The position numbers were made by a program, and so were the translations under genes. DNA of 64,000 nt from an uncultured delta proteobacterium (lineage in GTDB: Bacteria > Myxococcota_A > UBA9160 > UBA4427). Shown piece after piece: positions 27,058 through 38,322 of this stretch. Location: NCBI GenBank assembly GCA_963822965.1, contig CAWGJT010000005.1, positions 640,001 through 704,000 of the forward strand, read 5' to 3'. Below the pieces are notes generated by a model. It had not been told where the DNA came from. It did no database searches and worked only from the letters and a program-made list of their open reading frames with translations. The stretch's first letter is position 1. Each line of letters starts with the position of its first letter.

Positions 27058-28494
27058 ATGCCCCTGCCCCTTCCCGAGTACGAGCACTACGACGCCGTCG
27101 GTCTCGCCGAGCTGGTGCGGCGCGGCGACGTGCATCCCAGCGAGCTGCTCGAGGCCGCGATCGCCCGCAGCGAGGAGCGCAACCCCGCGCTCAACGCCAT
27201 CGTCATCGACCTGCAGAAGCAGGCGCACGAAGCCGTGGCCGCCGGCCTGCCCGACGGTCCCCTCCGCGGCGTACCCTTCCTGCTCAAAGACCTGCACCTG
27301 ATGCTCGCGGGAACCCGCTCGACCAACGGCAGCGTTCTCTTCCAGGACCAGGTGGCCGACCACGACAGCGTCCTGGTGGAGCGCTACCGGAACGCGGGGC
27401 TGGTCGTCTTCGGCAAGACGCACTCCCCCGAATTCGGACTCACCGCCACCACCGAGTCGCGCCTCTTCGGCCAGACCCGCAACCCCTGGAACCTGGAGCA
27501 CAGCTCCGGCGGGTCGTCGGGCGGCGCCAGCAGCGCCGTCGCCGCCGGCATCGTGCCTGCTGCCAATGCCAGCGACGGAGGCGGATCGATCCGCATTCCC
27601 GCATCGTGCTGTGGTCTGTTCGGGCTGAAGCCCACCCGCGGACGCACCCCGATGGGCCCCGACGCCGGGGAAGGTTGGAGCGGGATGAGCTGCGTGCACG
27701 CCGTCACCCGGAGCGTGCGGGACAGCGCCGCGCTGCTCGACGCCACCCACGGTGCCGACCCCGGCATGCCCTACCGGGCCCCCGAGCCGCGGCGGCCCTA
27801 CCTCGACGAGGTGGGTGCCGACCCGGGCCGCCTGCGCATCTCGGTCCAGCGCGCGCCCTGGAACGGCTCGGCCCTCCACCCCGACTGCGCCGCCGCCGTC
27901 GACGCGGCGGGGAAGCTCCTCGCCAGCCTGGGACACCCCGTCGAGGAGACGCCCCTGGCGATCGACTTCGACGTGCTCGGGCCGGCCACGGGCGTGATCA
28001 TGTCCGCCAATCTGCGGGCCACGGTGGACGATCGGCTCGCCACGCTGGGCCGTGGGCTGCGAGACGACGATCTCGAGCCGATCACCCGGGCCATCTACGA
28101 GTCCGCCGCGAAGCACTCCGCGGCGGACTACGCGCGCGCCGTGCGCGCAATCCACGCGGCGGGGCGCAGCGTCGACGCGCATCTGCAGCGCTACGACCTG
28201 ATCCTGTCGCCCACCCAGGCGACGCCGCCCCTGCGCCTGGGGGCGATCTCGCTCTCCAATCCGGATCTCGCGAGCTACGGCCGCGACATCGTCGCGACCG
28301 TCGGCTTCACCCAGCTCTTCAACGCCTCGGGACACCCCGCCGCATCGGTGCCGCTCCACTGGAACGACGCGGGCCTGCCCGTGGGCATCCAGCTCGCCGC
28401 CGGCTTCGGCGACGAAGCGACGCTCTTCCGCGTCGCCTCGCAGCTCGAAGCCGCGCAGCCCTGGCGGGAGCGCAGGCCGTCGTTGCCGGCCTAG
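27058..28494 (+). CDS. Amidase (amidase-signature family)
   Basis: [43 protein letters not shown]. Confidence 0.95.
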   Translation: MPLPLPEYEHYDAVGLAELVRRGDVHPSELLEAAIARSEERNPALNAIVIDLQKQAHEAVAAGLPDGPLRGVPFLLKDLHLMLAGTRSTNGSVLFQDQVADHDSVLVERYRNAGLVVFGKTHSPEFGLTATTESRLFGQTRNPWNLEHSSGGSSGGASSAVAAGIVPAANASDGGGSIRIPASCCGLFGLKPTRGRTPMGPDAGEGWSGMSCVHAVTRSVRDSAALLDATHGADPGMPYRAPEPRRPYLDEVGADPGRLRISVQRAPWNGSALHPDCAAAVDAAGKLLASLGHPVEETPLAIDFDVLGPATGVIMSANLRATVDDRLATLGRGLRDDDLEPITRAIYESAAKHSAADYARAVRAIHAAGRSVDAHLQRYDLILSPTQATPPLRLGAISLSNPDLASYGRDIVATVGFTQLFNASGHPAASVPLHWNDAGLPVGIQLAAGFGDEATLFRVASQLEAAQPWRERRPSLPA

Positions 28495-28535
28495 CCTGGA
28501 CGCCGGGGGAGCGCCGCCCCCCGGCCGCCGTGCAC

Positions 28536-29297
28536 TCAGGCGGGCACGGCGCGCAGCGCGACTGGCTCGGACGGTTGTGGATCCGCGCGAAGCTGCTCGA
28601 GCAGCTCGGTCTGCGAACGCACGCCCAGCTTGCGGTAGATCGACTTCAGGTGGTTGCGAACCGTATTGGGACTGATCTCTAGCTCGCGGGCGATGGTCGA
28701 GACGCGCAGCCCCGTGCGGAGACGCTCGAGCACTTCCCACTCGCGCGGGCTCACGAGACGCAGCCGATCGACGAGGGCGCTCGGATAGGTCGCCGCACGG
28801 CCCGCGGCATCGAGCCCCAGCTCCGACAGCTCGAGGGCGATGCGGCGCAGGCCGCGCTCGAGCTGCCGCACGCGCAGGTTGCCCCTACCGGTCTCGGACT
28901 CCACCTCGGCGAGATACCCCACCAGGGCCATGATCAACGCCCGCTCGTTCGCGTCGATCCCGTCGATCTCGTGGGAGAGGAGCGCCAGCACGTCGCACGG
29001 CCCCTCGCTTCCCAGGGGAACGAGGAACGCCGAGCGCACCTGGTAGCCACGAATCCAGTGCTCGCCGGTAGGACACTCGCGGATGTAGAGGGGGGTGGCG
29101 GCACGAGCGACCTTCGCCACCACGCTCTTCTCGTCGTCGAGCGGGAAGCGCAGATCGGGATCACACCGGCACGACTCGGGCGAGGAGCCCTCGGTGTCGT
29201 GCCAGAGCCCCTTGCGGATCTCCAGATTCCGCTGCCGGTCGTCGAGGGCGAAGTATCCGAAGTAGAGCTCCGTTCGGTCGAGCTCCGTCATGATCAC
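28536..29297 (-). CDS. LuxR-type HTH regulator with N-terminal GAF-like domain
   Basis: SPREWEVL..L..G....IARELEISPNTVRNHLKSIYRKLGV; N-terminal VRSAFLVPL GAF-like strand. Confidence 0.88.
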   Translation of the reverse strand: MIMTELDRTELYFGYFALDDRQRNLEIRKGLWHDTEGSSPESCRCDPDLRFPLDDEKSVVAKVARAATPLYIRECPTGEHWIRGYQVRSAFLVPLGSEGPCDVLALLSHEIDGIDANERALIMALVGYLAEVESETGRGNLRVRQLERGLRRIALELSELGLDAAGRAATYPSALVDRLRLVSPREWEVLERLRTGLRVSTIARELEISPNTVRNHLKSIYRKLGVRSQTELLEQLRADPQPSEPVALRAVPA

Positions 29298-29465
29298 TCC
29301 TGTCGGGGGGGGACATCGACCGCGCTCGGTTGTCTCGTGTCGGTCGCGCGGGTCGGTGTTGGGAACGAGGAGCTTAGGCGGACGAATGCAAATCGAAATG
29401 ACCCGCGCGAGGTCGATCCTCTAGCCATTCCAGGCCATTTCCGACCGGATTCGGTCAGTCTGCTG

Positions 29466-32156
29466 TCACCGGGGCGGGACGTGGAGCGCCAGAGCCAGGT
29501 CGTCTGCGATGCGCGCGCGCAGGCGTGCGCATCGCTCGATCTCCTCCAGCGCCAGGCGCACATTGCGCTCGGTGCCCTCGGGCGCGTCTTCGACCGACGC
29601 GAAGAAGGCTGCCACGCGTCGCCGGTCCGCCTCGTCGCACAGCCCCTCGGCGGCCCGGGGAAGCCCGGTCGCGGTCATGGGTCCGAGGCGCGCGACGATC
29701 TCCGGATAGCGCTCTTCGAGCCAGGTCCAGGCCACGCCGCGACGGCCGGCGGGCACGGACTGCAGCACCGAACGGGAATCCTGCGCCCGCAGGCCCCCGT
29801 CGATCAGCAGGTCGAGACTCCTCCGCAGCAGCTGCGTGTCCTCGAAGCTGCCCAGCGACGAGACGATCACCCCACGGACCGCGGGCGAGGGAGACGCGTG
29901 AAGGGCGCGGACCAGCCCGTTCCACAGCGCGGCGTCACCATTGCGGGCCGCCACGGGAAGCAACAGTGCCAGGGTCTCCTCGTCGACCGACCCCGGTGCC
30001 TCGAGGAAGCGCGCCGCCACCTCTCGAGCCGCGGCGCGGATCGCGGGATCGCGGCCCTCCGCCGCGAGGGGGAAGAGGACCGCGGCCCGACGCATGCGGG
30101 TGTCCACGGACTCGTCCGGGCCGGGACGGATTCCCGTACGCGCGATCTGCGGTGTCAGCAGCTCGCGCATCATGGCCGCAAGGGCGACCGCGACCGGCGA
30201 GTCGTCGGCGGCGATCCCCGCGTGGGCGAGATTGGAGAGCGAGCGCGCGACGCCTTCGACCACCTGACGGTGATCGTCGTCGGCGAGCGCGCGCAACGCC
30301 TCGAGATACGTGTCCACGGGCAGGAGGTCGGCTTCCAGCAGGGCCTCGTAGCCTCCCGGAAGCGCCACCCGTTCCGCCACGTCGAGCTCGTTCCGATACC
30401 GGGTAGCGAGGGCAAGCAGGCTCTCGGGGTCGAGGTTCCATCGGTAGTAGCCCCGTTCGCCGGCGTTCGGGTGCACCCAGCGTGGGCACTCGTCGAGCGC
30501 CGACAACACCACCACCTGCTGGCGGCCTTCGAGACGGAAGCACTCGCGCACCCGCGGCTGCGCCGGATCCGCGGGTCCGAGACCGACACAGACGGGCACG
30601 GTCCAGGGCCTTCCCACCGGAGCGTCGCTGCCGGCGGGCCGATAACGCGTCTGTCGCAGATGCAGCGACGGACGGGCTCCCGCCCGGCATACGAGCTCGA
30701 CGTCTACCAGGGGCGTGCCGGGCTGGTCCAGGAACGCACCCACCGTGTCGGCCACGGGCTGACCCGAAGAGCGCTCCAGGGCGGCCAGCAGGTCTCCGGT
30801 GCCTCCCGAGCCGTAGGCGTGCTCCGCCAGATAGGCCCGAACCCCGATGCGGAAGGCGTCCTCGCCGATCCAGGACTCCAGCATCCGCAACACGGCGGCT
30901 CCCTTGATGTAGGTGATGCCGTCGAACGCATTGTAGACGTCGCCGCCGTCCCGGATCGGCTGCCGGATCCGGCGGGCGTCGCGCTTCGAGTCCAGCCGCA
31001 TCGTGTATTGCGTGGAGGACACGACGTCGAGATCCGATTCGAGGGCGGGATCCACGTCGGCGAGCACCCGCGCGGCCATCCAGGTGGCGAACGACTCGTT
31101 GAGCCAGAGATCGTCCCACCAGGCCATCGTGACGAGATCCCCGTACCACATGTGCGAGAGCTCGTGGGCGATCACGGACTGCACGGCGGCGCGATCCCAG
31201 ACCGCGGCCGTCTCGGCGTCGAGCAGCAGCAGGCGCTCCCGGAAGGTCACCAGTCCGGCGTTCTCCATCGCGCCTGCGGCGAAGTTGGGGACCGCGACCA
31301 GGTCGAGCTTGGCGAACGGATAGGGTCGATCGAAGTAGTCGCCGAGCCAGCGCAGCACGAGGGGCGTCCGCTCGAGGGCATAGTGGGTGAGCCCTCCACG
31401 ACCCCGCACCGTCGCGACGCGGAGCGGAAGCGGCTCGTCTCCGGCGCCGGAGACGACCTCGAGGTCGCCCACCGCGAAGGCCACCAGGTAGGTGGGCAGG
31501 GGCTTCGTGTCGGCGAACACGTAGACCTCGCCTTCCGGCTCCACGCGGTGCGCGATCTGCGGTGCGTTGGCGAGCGCGAGCGCACCCCGAGGAACCCGTA
31601 GGCTGACCGCGAAGGGCGTCTTGAACTCGGGCTGGTCGAAGCACGGGAACGCCCGGCGCGCCTCCAGGGGCTCGAACTGGGTGAAGGCGTATCCGCTCCC
31701 CCCTTCGCGCACCCGGTAGAGACCGACGGGCGTCTCGAGGAGCGGGCCTTCGAACGAGAAGCGCAGCACGGCGGGACCGGCGGGCAGCGGGGCGTCGAGC
31801 GCCAGGGCCAGGGCGCCGTGCGGCCCCTGGGTCGCCGCGGCCGGACGCACGGAGCCGGCGGACTCGACGAGCGCCTCTCTCACGTCGAGGTCCGCCGCGT
31901 GGAGCAGGATCGTCCGCGTCGCCGCCGCTACGTCGACCCGGATCGTCGCCCGGCCGGAGAAGCGGTCCTGCTCCGGATCGATCCGAAGGTCGAGCGCATA
32001 GTGGCGGGGAACCACGTCGCGACCGAGACGCCGATTGCCGTCGAGCGAGAGCGGTGCACGGCCCTCCCGGGACGCCTCGTCGGGCGGCCGCCGGTGGGAC
32101 GCCGGACACCCGAGGGACGTGGCGCACGTCAGCAGCAGGGCGGCGAGGGCTCGCAT
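29466..32156 (-). CDS. M1 family aminopeptidase (ERAP1-like C-terminal domain), predicted lipoprotein
   Basis: TQFEP..ARRAFPCFDQP, GAMEN, HELSHMW..LWLNESFA, ITYIKGA; lipobox SLG-C. Confidence 0.95.
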   Translation of the reverse strand: MRALAALLLTCATSLGCPASHRRPPDEASREGRAPLSLDGNRRLGRDVVPRHYALDLRIDPEQDRFSGRATIRVDVAAATRTILLHAADLDVREALVESAGSVRPAAATQGPHGALALALDAPLPAGPAVLRFSFEGPLLETPVGLYRVREGGSGYAFTQFEPLEARRAFPCFDQPEFKTPFAVSLRVPRGALALANAPQIAHRVEPEGEVYVFADTKPLPTYLVAFAVGDLEVVSGAGDEPLPLRVATVRGRGGLTHYALERTPLVLRWLGDYFDRPYPFAKLDLVAVPNFAAGAMENAGLVTFRERLLLLDAETAAVWDRAAVQSVIAHELSHMWYGDLVTMAWWDDLWLNESFATWMAARVLADVDPALESDLDVVSSTQYTMRLDSKRDARRIRQPIRDGGDVYNAFDGITYIKGAAVLRMLESWIGEDAFRIGVRAYLAEHAYGSGGTGDLLAALERSSGQPVADTVGAFLDQPGTPLVDVELVCRAGARPSLHLRQTRYRPAGSDAPVGRPWTVPVCVGLGPADPAQPRVRECFRLEGRQQVVVLSALDECPRWVHPNAGERGYYRWNLDPESLLALATRYRNELDVAERVALPGGYEALLEADLLPVDTYLEALRALADDDHRQVVEGVARSLSNLAHAGIAADDSPVAVALAAMMRELLTPQIARTGIRPGPDESVDTRMRRAAVLFPLAAEGRDPAIRAAAREVAARFLEAPGSVDEETLALLLPVAARNGDAALWNGLVRALHASPSPAVRGVIVSSLGSFEDTQLLRRSLDLLIDGGLRAQDSRSVLQSVPAGRRGVAWTWLEERYPEIVARLGPMTATGLPRAAEGLCDEADRRRVAAFFASVEDAPEGTERNVRLALEEIERCARLRARIADDLALALHVPPR

Positions 32157-32290
32157 GGGGCTCACGATGCGCGGGAACGTAGCGCGAGACGGTCTTCCTT
32201 CGGGGTCCCGCGATTCCCGAGGACCCGATCCGGGGCCCTCGGGCACCCACGAAGCGGAATCTCGGCGAAGGCGAAGACGGAGGGCCCGAC

Positions 32291-32437
32291 ATGCGCTTCG
32301 TGATGATCTTCCTGCCTCTCTCGATCGCGGCGTTGGCGGCGGCCGGCGCCAGGGCCGCAGCCCCGGTGGCGGTGATCGTCCTGGCCGCCCTCATCGCCTC
32401 GCTCGCCTCGAAGGGCGACGCGCGCTCGGAAGGCTGA
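32291..32437 (+). CDS. 48-aa hydrophobic small protein
   Basis: GGAGG RBS; MRFVMIFLPLSIAALAAAGARAAAPVAVIVLAALIASLASKGDARSEG; GC3-rich codons; below the ORF-track cutoff. Confidence 0.5.
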   Translation: MRFVMIFLPLSIAALAAAGARAAAPVAVIVLAALIASLASKGDARSEG

Positions 32438-32494
32438 GCGGGGGCCCGGGCTCCCCGTCGGCAGGGGGAGCAGCGCCCCGACCCGCAGGACGGA

Positions 32495-34240
32495 TCAGGC
32501 CTGGGCCGGCGAAGCCTGCGCTCCCCGCACCAGGCGTCCCGGTCGGGCGTCGGTCGGCTGGCCGTCCCGCAGGATCACCTCGCCCGCGACGATCGTCGCG
32601 CGGTACCCCTCGGCGCGTTGGATCAGGCGGCGACCGTGCTCAGGCAGGTCGTAGACCATCTCCGGCAGCTTGAGCTGGATGTGGTCGGTGTCGATCACGT
32701 TGAGATCCGCCTTCATGCCGGGCGCGATCACGCCGCGGTCGTGCAGCCCGTAGAGCTGCGCGGTGTCGTGGCTCATCCGCTTCACCACCAGCTCGATGGG
32801 GATCCGCTTGCCGCGGCTGCGATCGCGCACCCAGTGGGTGAGCATGAAGGTCGGGATGCTCGCATCGCAGATGATGCCGCAGTGCGCTCCGCCGTCCCCG
32901 AGCCCGAGGGCGGCGCGCGGGTGGTGGATCATCTCGTAGATGGGATCGCAGTTGAACTCGCTGTAGTTGAGCAGCGGGAAGAGCAGCAGCTCACGACCGT
33001 CGTGCTGCAGCATCAGGTCGTAGAGCATCTCTTCCGCGGGGCGGCCTGCTCTCTCGGCCATGGCGGCGACGCTCTCGTCGGCGCGCGGCTCGTAGTTCGG
33101 CGGCTCGCCCATCGGGAAGAGCTTGCCGAGGCTCGAGTTCACGAACGCCGCCATCGGATCGTCGTAGTGGACCTTCTCCGCCAGGATCTTCTCGCGCCGC
33201 TCCGGCTTGCGCAGCTCGGCCACGCGCTCGGCGAGGGGCAGGTGCACGATCTCCTTGTAGGCGGCGCGATCCGCGAAGGGGTGATAGTCGGTCTGGAAGC
33301 CGATCAGCATGCCGAAGGGCCGTCCGGCGATCTGCGGGTAGATCTCGGCGCCCTCCGCCACCGCCTCCGCGGACAGCTCGAGCAGCTCGCGCCAGAGCTG
33401 CGGCGCGGCGTCCACCTGCAGCATCGCGAAGCTCACCGGCCGCCGGATCTCCGCCGAGAGCCGGCGCATCCACTCCATCTCCTTCTTGGGACCGATGATG
33501 TCCTCACCGCCGGCGCCGGCGCCGGCCAGCTCGAAGATGCCCTGCCCCAGCTCGCCGAGCGCCCGGCCGATCCCGAAGAGCTCGTCCTCGGCCGCGAAGG
33601 TGCCGGGCACCGGCTCGCCGTCCACCGCCTTGTGGAGGATCGTCCGCGAGGTCGAGAAGCCGAGGGCCCCGGCCTGGATTCCCTCCTTCACGATGGCGGC
33701 CATCTGCGCGATGTCCTCGGGCGTGGCGGGCTCGTTCTTCGCACCGCGTTCGCCCATCACGTAGGTCCGGACGGCGCCGTGGGGCACCTGCGCGCCGACG
33801 TCGATCGCCAGCGCCGTCTTCTCGACGGCGTCGAGGAACTCGGGGAAGGTCTCCCACTGCCAGCGGATGCCCGCCGAGAGGGCGGTCCCGGGGATGTCCT
33901 CGACGCCCTCCATCAGCTGGATCAGGTACTCGTGCTGGTGCGGGCGTACGGGCGCGAAGCCCACCCCGCAGTTGCCGAAGACTGCGGTCGTCACCCCGTG
34001 CCAGGAGGACGGCGTGAGGAATGGATCCCAGGTGACCTGACCGTCGTAGTGGGTGTGGATGTCCACGAAGCCCGGGGTCACGACACAGCCGCCCGCGTCG
34101 ATCTCCTCCCGCGCCGCGTCGTCGATGCGGCCCCGCTCGACGCGGACGATGACCCCGTCCTTCACCGCGATCTCGCCGTCGAAGGCGGGCTCGCCGGTGC
34201 CGTCCACGATGCGGCCGTTGCGGATGATCAGGTCGTACAT
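32495..34240 (-). CDS. N-acyl-D-amino-acid deacylase family amidohydrolase
   Basis: [56 protein letters not shown]. Confidence 0.93.
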   Translation of the reverse strand: MYDLIIRNGRIVDGTGEPAFDGEIAVKDGVIVRVERGRIDDAAREEIDAGGCVVTPGFVDIHTHYDGQVTWDPFLTPSSWHGVTTAVFGNCGVGFAPVRPHQHEYLIQLMEGVEDIPGTALSAGIRWQWETFPEFLDAVEKTALAIDVGAQVPHGAVRTYVMGERGAKNEPATPEDIAQMAAIVKEGIQAGALGFSTSRTILHKAVDGEPVPGTFAAEDELFGIGRALGELGQGIFELAGAGAGGEDIIGPKKEMEWMRRLSAEIRRPVSFAMLQVDAAPQLWRELLELSAEAVAEGAEIYPQIAGRPFGMLIGFQTDYHPFADRAAYKEIVHLPLAERVAELRKPERREKILAEKVHYDDPMAAFVNSSLGKLFPMGEPPNYEPRADESVAAMAERAGRPAEEMLYDLMLQHDGRELLLFPLLNYSEFNCDPIYEMIHHPRAALGLGDGGAHCGIICDASIPTFMLTHWVRDRSRGKRIPIELVVKRMSHDTAQLYGLHDRGVIAPGMKADLNVIDTDHIQLKLPEMVYDLPEHGRRLIQRAEGYRATIVAGEVILRDGQPTDARPGRLVRGAQASPAQA

Positions 34241-34530
34241 GGGTCGCTCCTCGGGTCGCCGCGCACCGGGGCGGGTACGCGGGGGAATCTTCCGGAGGCT
34301 CTTGCGAGCGCCGGGCCGTCTCGCAGGGTACCACTCGCCACAGGATCGCTCCGCTGAACTGCATTCAAGGGGCCCTGGGGCCGCTTGCCGGTCCACCGGG
34401 GGCGCGCCGGATGCCGCCGCAACGAATCCGCAGGATTCGTCGGCCAGCAGCGCGACCCAAGACGAAGTCCTGGGTCGCGGTTCCGCCGCATGAGGGAGCC
34501 CAACGGGCTCCCTCGGCTAGCCTCCCCTGC

Positions 34531-34935
34531 ATGCCGGCAAGAGAAGCTCCCTCCTCCGAGGCCTGCACCCGCGGCGTCCGCGTGCAGGTGCGGGCGCGCT
34601 ACTCCCCGGAGCACTCCGCGCCCCAGCGCAGCCAGTGGTTCTTTCTCTATACGATCCGGATCGCCAACGAGAGCCCCGAGGTCGTGCAGCTCCTGACCCG
34701 GCACTGGATCATCACCGACGCCACCGGACACGTGGAAGAGGTGCGCGGACCGGGCGTGGTGGGCGTCCAGCCCCGTCTCCAGCCGGGCGAGGAGTTCGAG
34801 TACACCTCCGGCTGCCCGCTGCAGACCCCCTTCGGCAGCATGGAGGGGACCTTCCAGATGGTGGCCGGGAGCGACGCCGGCTTCGACGCCGTGGTGGCCC
34901 GCTTCGAGCTGCGCGACCCCGGCGCGGTGCACTGA
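34531..34935 (+). CDS. apaG: ApaG protein
   Basis: FFLYTIRIAN..VQLLTRHWIITD..EEVRGPGVVGVQP.L.PGEEFEYTSGCPL.TPFGSMEG. Confidence 0.95.
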   Translation: MPAREAPSSEACTRGVRVQVRARYSPEHSAPQRSQWFFLYTIRIANESPEVVQLLTRHWIITDATGHVEEVRGPGVVGVQPRLQPGEEFEYTSGCPLQTPFGSMEGTFQMVAGSDAGFDAVVARFELRDPGAVH

Positions 34936-34986
34936 CCGACGCCGCGTCGGAGCCGGACTCCCGTCTCCCGCAGAGGCCGAGCCCCC

Positions 34987-36474
34987 TCAGAAGCTGTACT
35001 CGAGCCGGAGGAAGAGGCGGTCGTTGCGGCCGATCTCCTGGAAGAAGGGGCTCGTGCCCTGCTGGTACAGGACGATGCCGCCGCCCAGGACCAGCGCGTC
35101 CATCAGGTCGTAGCTCGCCTCGGCGCGCACCACCGACCCCACGTCGGCGTGGGTGCCCAGGAGCAACGCGACCCCCGTCACCCGCAGGCGCTGGTTCAGG
35201 AAGTCGGCGGTCACCCGGAGCGCCGTCTCGAGCAGGTCTTCCTTCGCGTAGGCGACCTGGACCCCGGCGACGGTCGTCTTCATCGCGGGGTCGAAGTCGA
35301 AGATGTGCCGGTTCACCACTTCGAGGGCGATCTGCACGTCGTTCCAGCCGTAGTACTCCACGCCCGCCATGGCGTCGAGACGCGACTTGTCCACCACCCG
35401 CGCCTCGGGCAGGTCGACGAGGTTGTACTCGAGACCGTCGAACCATCCCAGCTCGGCCTTGAAGAGCCAGCTCCCCGTCGTCCAGTTGCCGCCGGCGCCC
35501 ACCATCGTCACCAGCGGGAAGCGCTGCAGCAGCCCGGCCAGCGGGGAGACGACGAGCGGCTGGTTCTCGTACACGCGAGCCGCGTAGAACGAGACGTCCC
35601 AGCCCGAGAAGGTCCCCGTGAGCGAGCCGCCGTACTCCGGATCCGAGCCGAAGCGGTCGGGCTTGTCGGACGGCACGTCGACCTCGAAGGGCGTCGGGTT
35701 GAAGTCGTTGCCGATGGACGGGTTCCGGTCCTGCCGGAACTCGGGAATCACGAGCAGCTGCAGCGACCAGTCCCCGACCCCGCTCGGGATCCAGCGGGGG
35801 AAGTAATCGACCCGCGCCATCGTCACCGGCAGGCGGAGGTCCTCGATGTCGACGAGGCCCGGCTCGCGATTGTCCAGGGGGTTGAGGACGTCCAGCACGC
35901 GGAGCGTGTCCGAGCGGCCCCAGTTCACGATCTGGCGACCGAGCTTCACGTCGACGCTCGACACGGGACTCCCCTGCACGTACGCCTCGCGGAGATCGAT
36001 CTCCCACTCGTAGTCCTCGAGCACGTGGTCCGTGTAGCGAGAGCGTCCCTTGGCGACGTAGCTGAAGTCGTAGAAGCCGTAGCCCTCGATCCGCGCCTTC
36101 CAGTCCCCCGGCAGGTCGACGTCGAGCTGCAGGTCGAGCTGGGCCCGCAGCCGGTTCAGGTTTCCGTAGGGGGTGCCCGTCGCCGAGCTGTGACGCAGGT
36201 AGCTGTACGACGAGCCAAGGCTGAGATCCCCGGTCAGGTCGAAGAGGCGGGCGGCCGCAGGGGCCGTCGCCTCCGTCCCGGCGGCGTTCCCGGCCTCCGC
36301 CTCCGCGGCGGTGTCGCCCTCCTCGTCGTCGAAGCCTCCGAGATCGTCGTGGTCGCCGAAGCCGCCCAGGGTCTCCTCGAGGCTCTCCGAGTCCGCCGCG
36401 TGCAGCCGGAGCGGGAGGCCGGCCGCCACGATCGCCGCAGCCAGGGCCCCGCAGATGCAGAGCGCGCGGCTCAC
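34987..36474 (-). CDS. Outer-membrane beta-barrel protein (DUF1302-like)
   Basis: Signal peptide; LREAYV, KLGRQIVNWG.SD, D.LNP.D; C-terminal LEYSF; adjacent to a LolA-like gene. Confidence 0.8.
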   Translation of the reverse strand: MSRALCICGALAAAIVAAGLPLRLHAADSESLEETLGGFGDHDDLGGFDDEEGDTAAEAEAGNAAGTEATAPAAARLFDLTGDLSLGSSYSYLRHSSATGTPYGNLNRLRAQLDLQLDVDLPGDWKARIEGYGFYDFSYVAKGRSRYTDHVLEDYEWEIDLREAYVQGSPVSSVDVKLGRQIVNWGRSDTLRVLDVLNPLDNREPGLVDIEDLRLPVTMARVDYFPRWIPSGVGDWSLQLLVIPEFRQDRNPSIGNDFNPTPFEVDVPSDKPDRFGSDPEYGGSLTGTFSGWDVSFYAARVYENQPLVVSPLAGLLQRFPLVTMVGAGGNWTTGSWLFKAELGWFDGLEYNLVDLPEARVVDKSRLDAMAGVEYYGWNDVQIALEVVNRHIFDFDPAMKTTVAGVQVAYAKEDLLETALRVTADFLNQRLRVTGVALLLGTHADVGSVVRAEASYDLMDALVLGGGIVLYQQGTSPFFQEIGRNDRLFLRLEYSF

Positions 36475-36478
36475 CCGC

Positions 36479-37306
36479 TCAGAGACCCTTTTCGAGCTGC
36501 CGGGTGGAGAAGAGATCCTCGGCCAGGTCCTGGTTGAAGCGAACGTTCTCGTTCTTCAGAACCGTCTTGTGCAGGACCTTCTTGCCCTTCTTCGTGGTCA
36601 TGTGCATCTCGGTGGGCACCCAGATGCCGTCGATGCGCTCGAGGCTCTTCACCTCGAGGTACTTGTTGCGACCGCCCTTCTTGAGCCAGGTCTTGGCGCG
36701 CACGACGACGTAGTTGTCCTTGCGCACGAAGGAGACCGTCTTCGTGGCTCCCGTCTCGTCGATCTCCTCCTCCGTGCGGGGAATCGCCTCGATGATCCAC
36801 ACCGGCGCGCCGTCTACCTCCCCCTCCTGGAGCAGGCGATAGTCGTAGTTCTTCAGGGGGCGCGAGGTCAGGTCCGCATAGCTGAAGTCTGATCCCATGA
36901 ACGACCCGCTCTTGTCGCCCGTCGCGATGCGCTTGGTCTTCTTGAGCGCGGGCAGATAGAGCCACTGGTCGTCGTCGCGATCCTCGTCGTCGTAGTCGTA
37001 GGTGAGGAAGCCCGTGTCCTTCACGTCCGCGGGCTCGAGGAAGAACATGAGCTGGTAGTCGTCCTTCCCGAAGTCCTTGACGAAGAGGCGGATCCTTCGC
37101 ACGCGCTCGTTGCCTCGCTTGTCGATCAGGATCATCTCGAGATCGGAGATGCCGTCGTCGCCGTCGTCCCGTTCGTCCACCGCCTTCATGATGGCGCGGG
37201 CATCCGGGGCTTCGGCTGCGAAGGAGGCGCCGACGGCGAGCATGCCGCAGGCGATCAGGACCGCGGAGCCCCCGAACCGAAGACGACGTCGGGTCGACTG
37301 CCTCAT
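36479..37306 (-). CDS. Outer membrane lipoprotein-sorting (LolA-like) protein
   Basis: F..PADVKDTGFL..D..DDDQWLYLPALKKTKRI..KSGSFMGSDFSYADL. Confidence 0.88.
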   Translation of the reverse strand: MRQSTRRRLRFGGSAVLIACGMLAVGASFAAEAPDARAIMKAVDERDDGDDGISDLEMILIDKRGNERVRRIRLFVKDFGKDDYQLMFFLEPADVKDTGFLTYDYDDEDRDDDQWLYLPALKKTKRIATGDKSGSFMGSDFSYADLTSRPLKNYDYRLLQEGEVDGAPVWIIEAIPRTEEEIDETGATKTVSFVRKDNYVVVRAKTWLKKGGRNKYLEVKSLERIDGIWVPTEMHMTTKKGKKVLHKTVLKNENVRFNQDLAEDLFSTRQLEKGL

Positions 37307-37563
37307 GCCTCCCTCCCCTGCGAGCGATCCGTGCTCGGACACGGAGCCAGAGTCAAGCAACGATCGCGAGCGCGAACAAGCAACGAGCGAAGCGACCCGC
37401 CGCATCTGCCGCGATCTGCGCATGGTTTGCGAGCCCCTTGCCCGTCCTCCACCGCCGACGTCGTGAAGAAGATGCACAAGCTCCCGCGCTCCCACGAGCA
37501 GACACGGGACGCGCGCGCGGCCTTCGCCGGCCGGGATGGTGCTCGCCACCCGCCGGTGCGCGG

Positions 37564-38322
37564 TCATCCGTCCAGCAACGCTGGCAGCTCCGACAGATCC
37601 CTGATCTGGTGATCCGGCGCCGGACCGACGTGGTTCCGCAGCCGCGCCGCCGGGTCGGCGATCCGCCGGGTGAGCCACGCCGTCCGCATGCCGAGGGCGG
37701 CCGCGCCCGCGACGTCCGCCGACAGGTTGTCCCCCACGTGGAGCGTCGCCTGCGGCTCGGTGCCCAGGGCGTCGAGGACCGCCTGGAAGATCTCCGGTCG
37801 CGGCTTCCGGATGCCGGCGGCGTCGGACACCACCACCACGTCCAGGTGCACGTCGAGCCCGGCCTCCCGCAAGACCCGCAGCGCGGTCTCCGAGTGGCTG
37901 AAGTTCGAGCAGAGCGCGAGGGGAACCCGGGCCCGCAGCGCCGCGAGCACCGCGGGATGGTGATCGAGCGACCGCACCTGCGCGCGCAGGGCATCCATGT
38001 GCACCTCGACCAGGCGCAGGGCCAGCGAGGCCTCGTGGATCCCGAGCCGCTCGAGCAACACCTCGAAGCGTTCGCGGGTAGGCAGCTCGAGGCCCCGCGC
38101 GTAGCGGCTCTCGCGAAACTCGGAATCGACCCGACCCAGGGTCTCGGCGAACACGTCGAAGGGCACGGGCACGCTGCGCGCGACCATCTCGTGCAGGGCC
38201 GGGGTGGTCGCGGCGATCCGGGCACCGCGATGCTCGAGGGGCGGCAGCCGTTCCATGTGCAGATCGACCAGGGTGTCGAAGAGGTCGAAGACCACGGCCC
38301 CGATCGCGGGATGCGCGCTCAC
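37564..38322 (-). CDS. HAD-superfamily hydrolase
   Basis: VVFDLFDTL, CSN, RKPRPEIF, HVGDNLSADVAGA; GTGA overlap with the upstream gene. Confidence 0.9.
   Translation of the reverse strand: MSAHPAIGAVVFDLFDTLVDLHMERLPPLEHRGARIAATTPALHEMVARSVPVPFDVFAETLGRVDSEFRESRYARGLELPTRERFEVLLERLGIHEASLALRLVEVHMDALRAQVRSLDHHPAVLAALRARVPLALCSNFSHSETALRVLREAGLDVHLDVVVVSDAAGIRKPRPEIFQAVLDALGTEPQATLHVGDNLSADVAGAAALGMRTAWLTRRIADPAARLRNHVGPAPDHQIRDLSELPALLDG

Noticed and set aside
37450..37560. Possible gene relic (ADVVKKMHKLPRSHEQTRD)
   Set aside because: Too short and no recognisable motif to support it.
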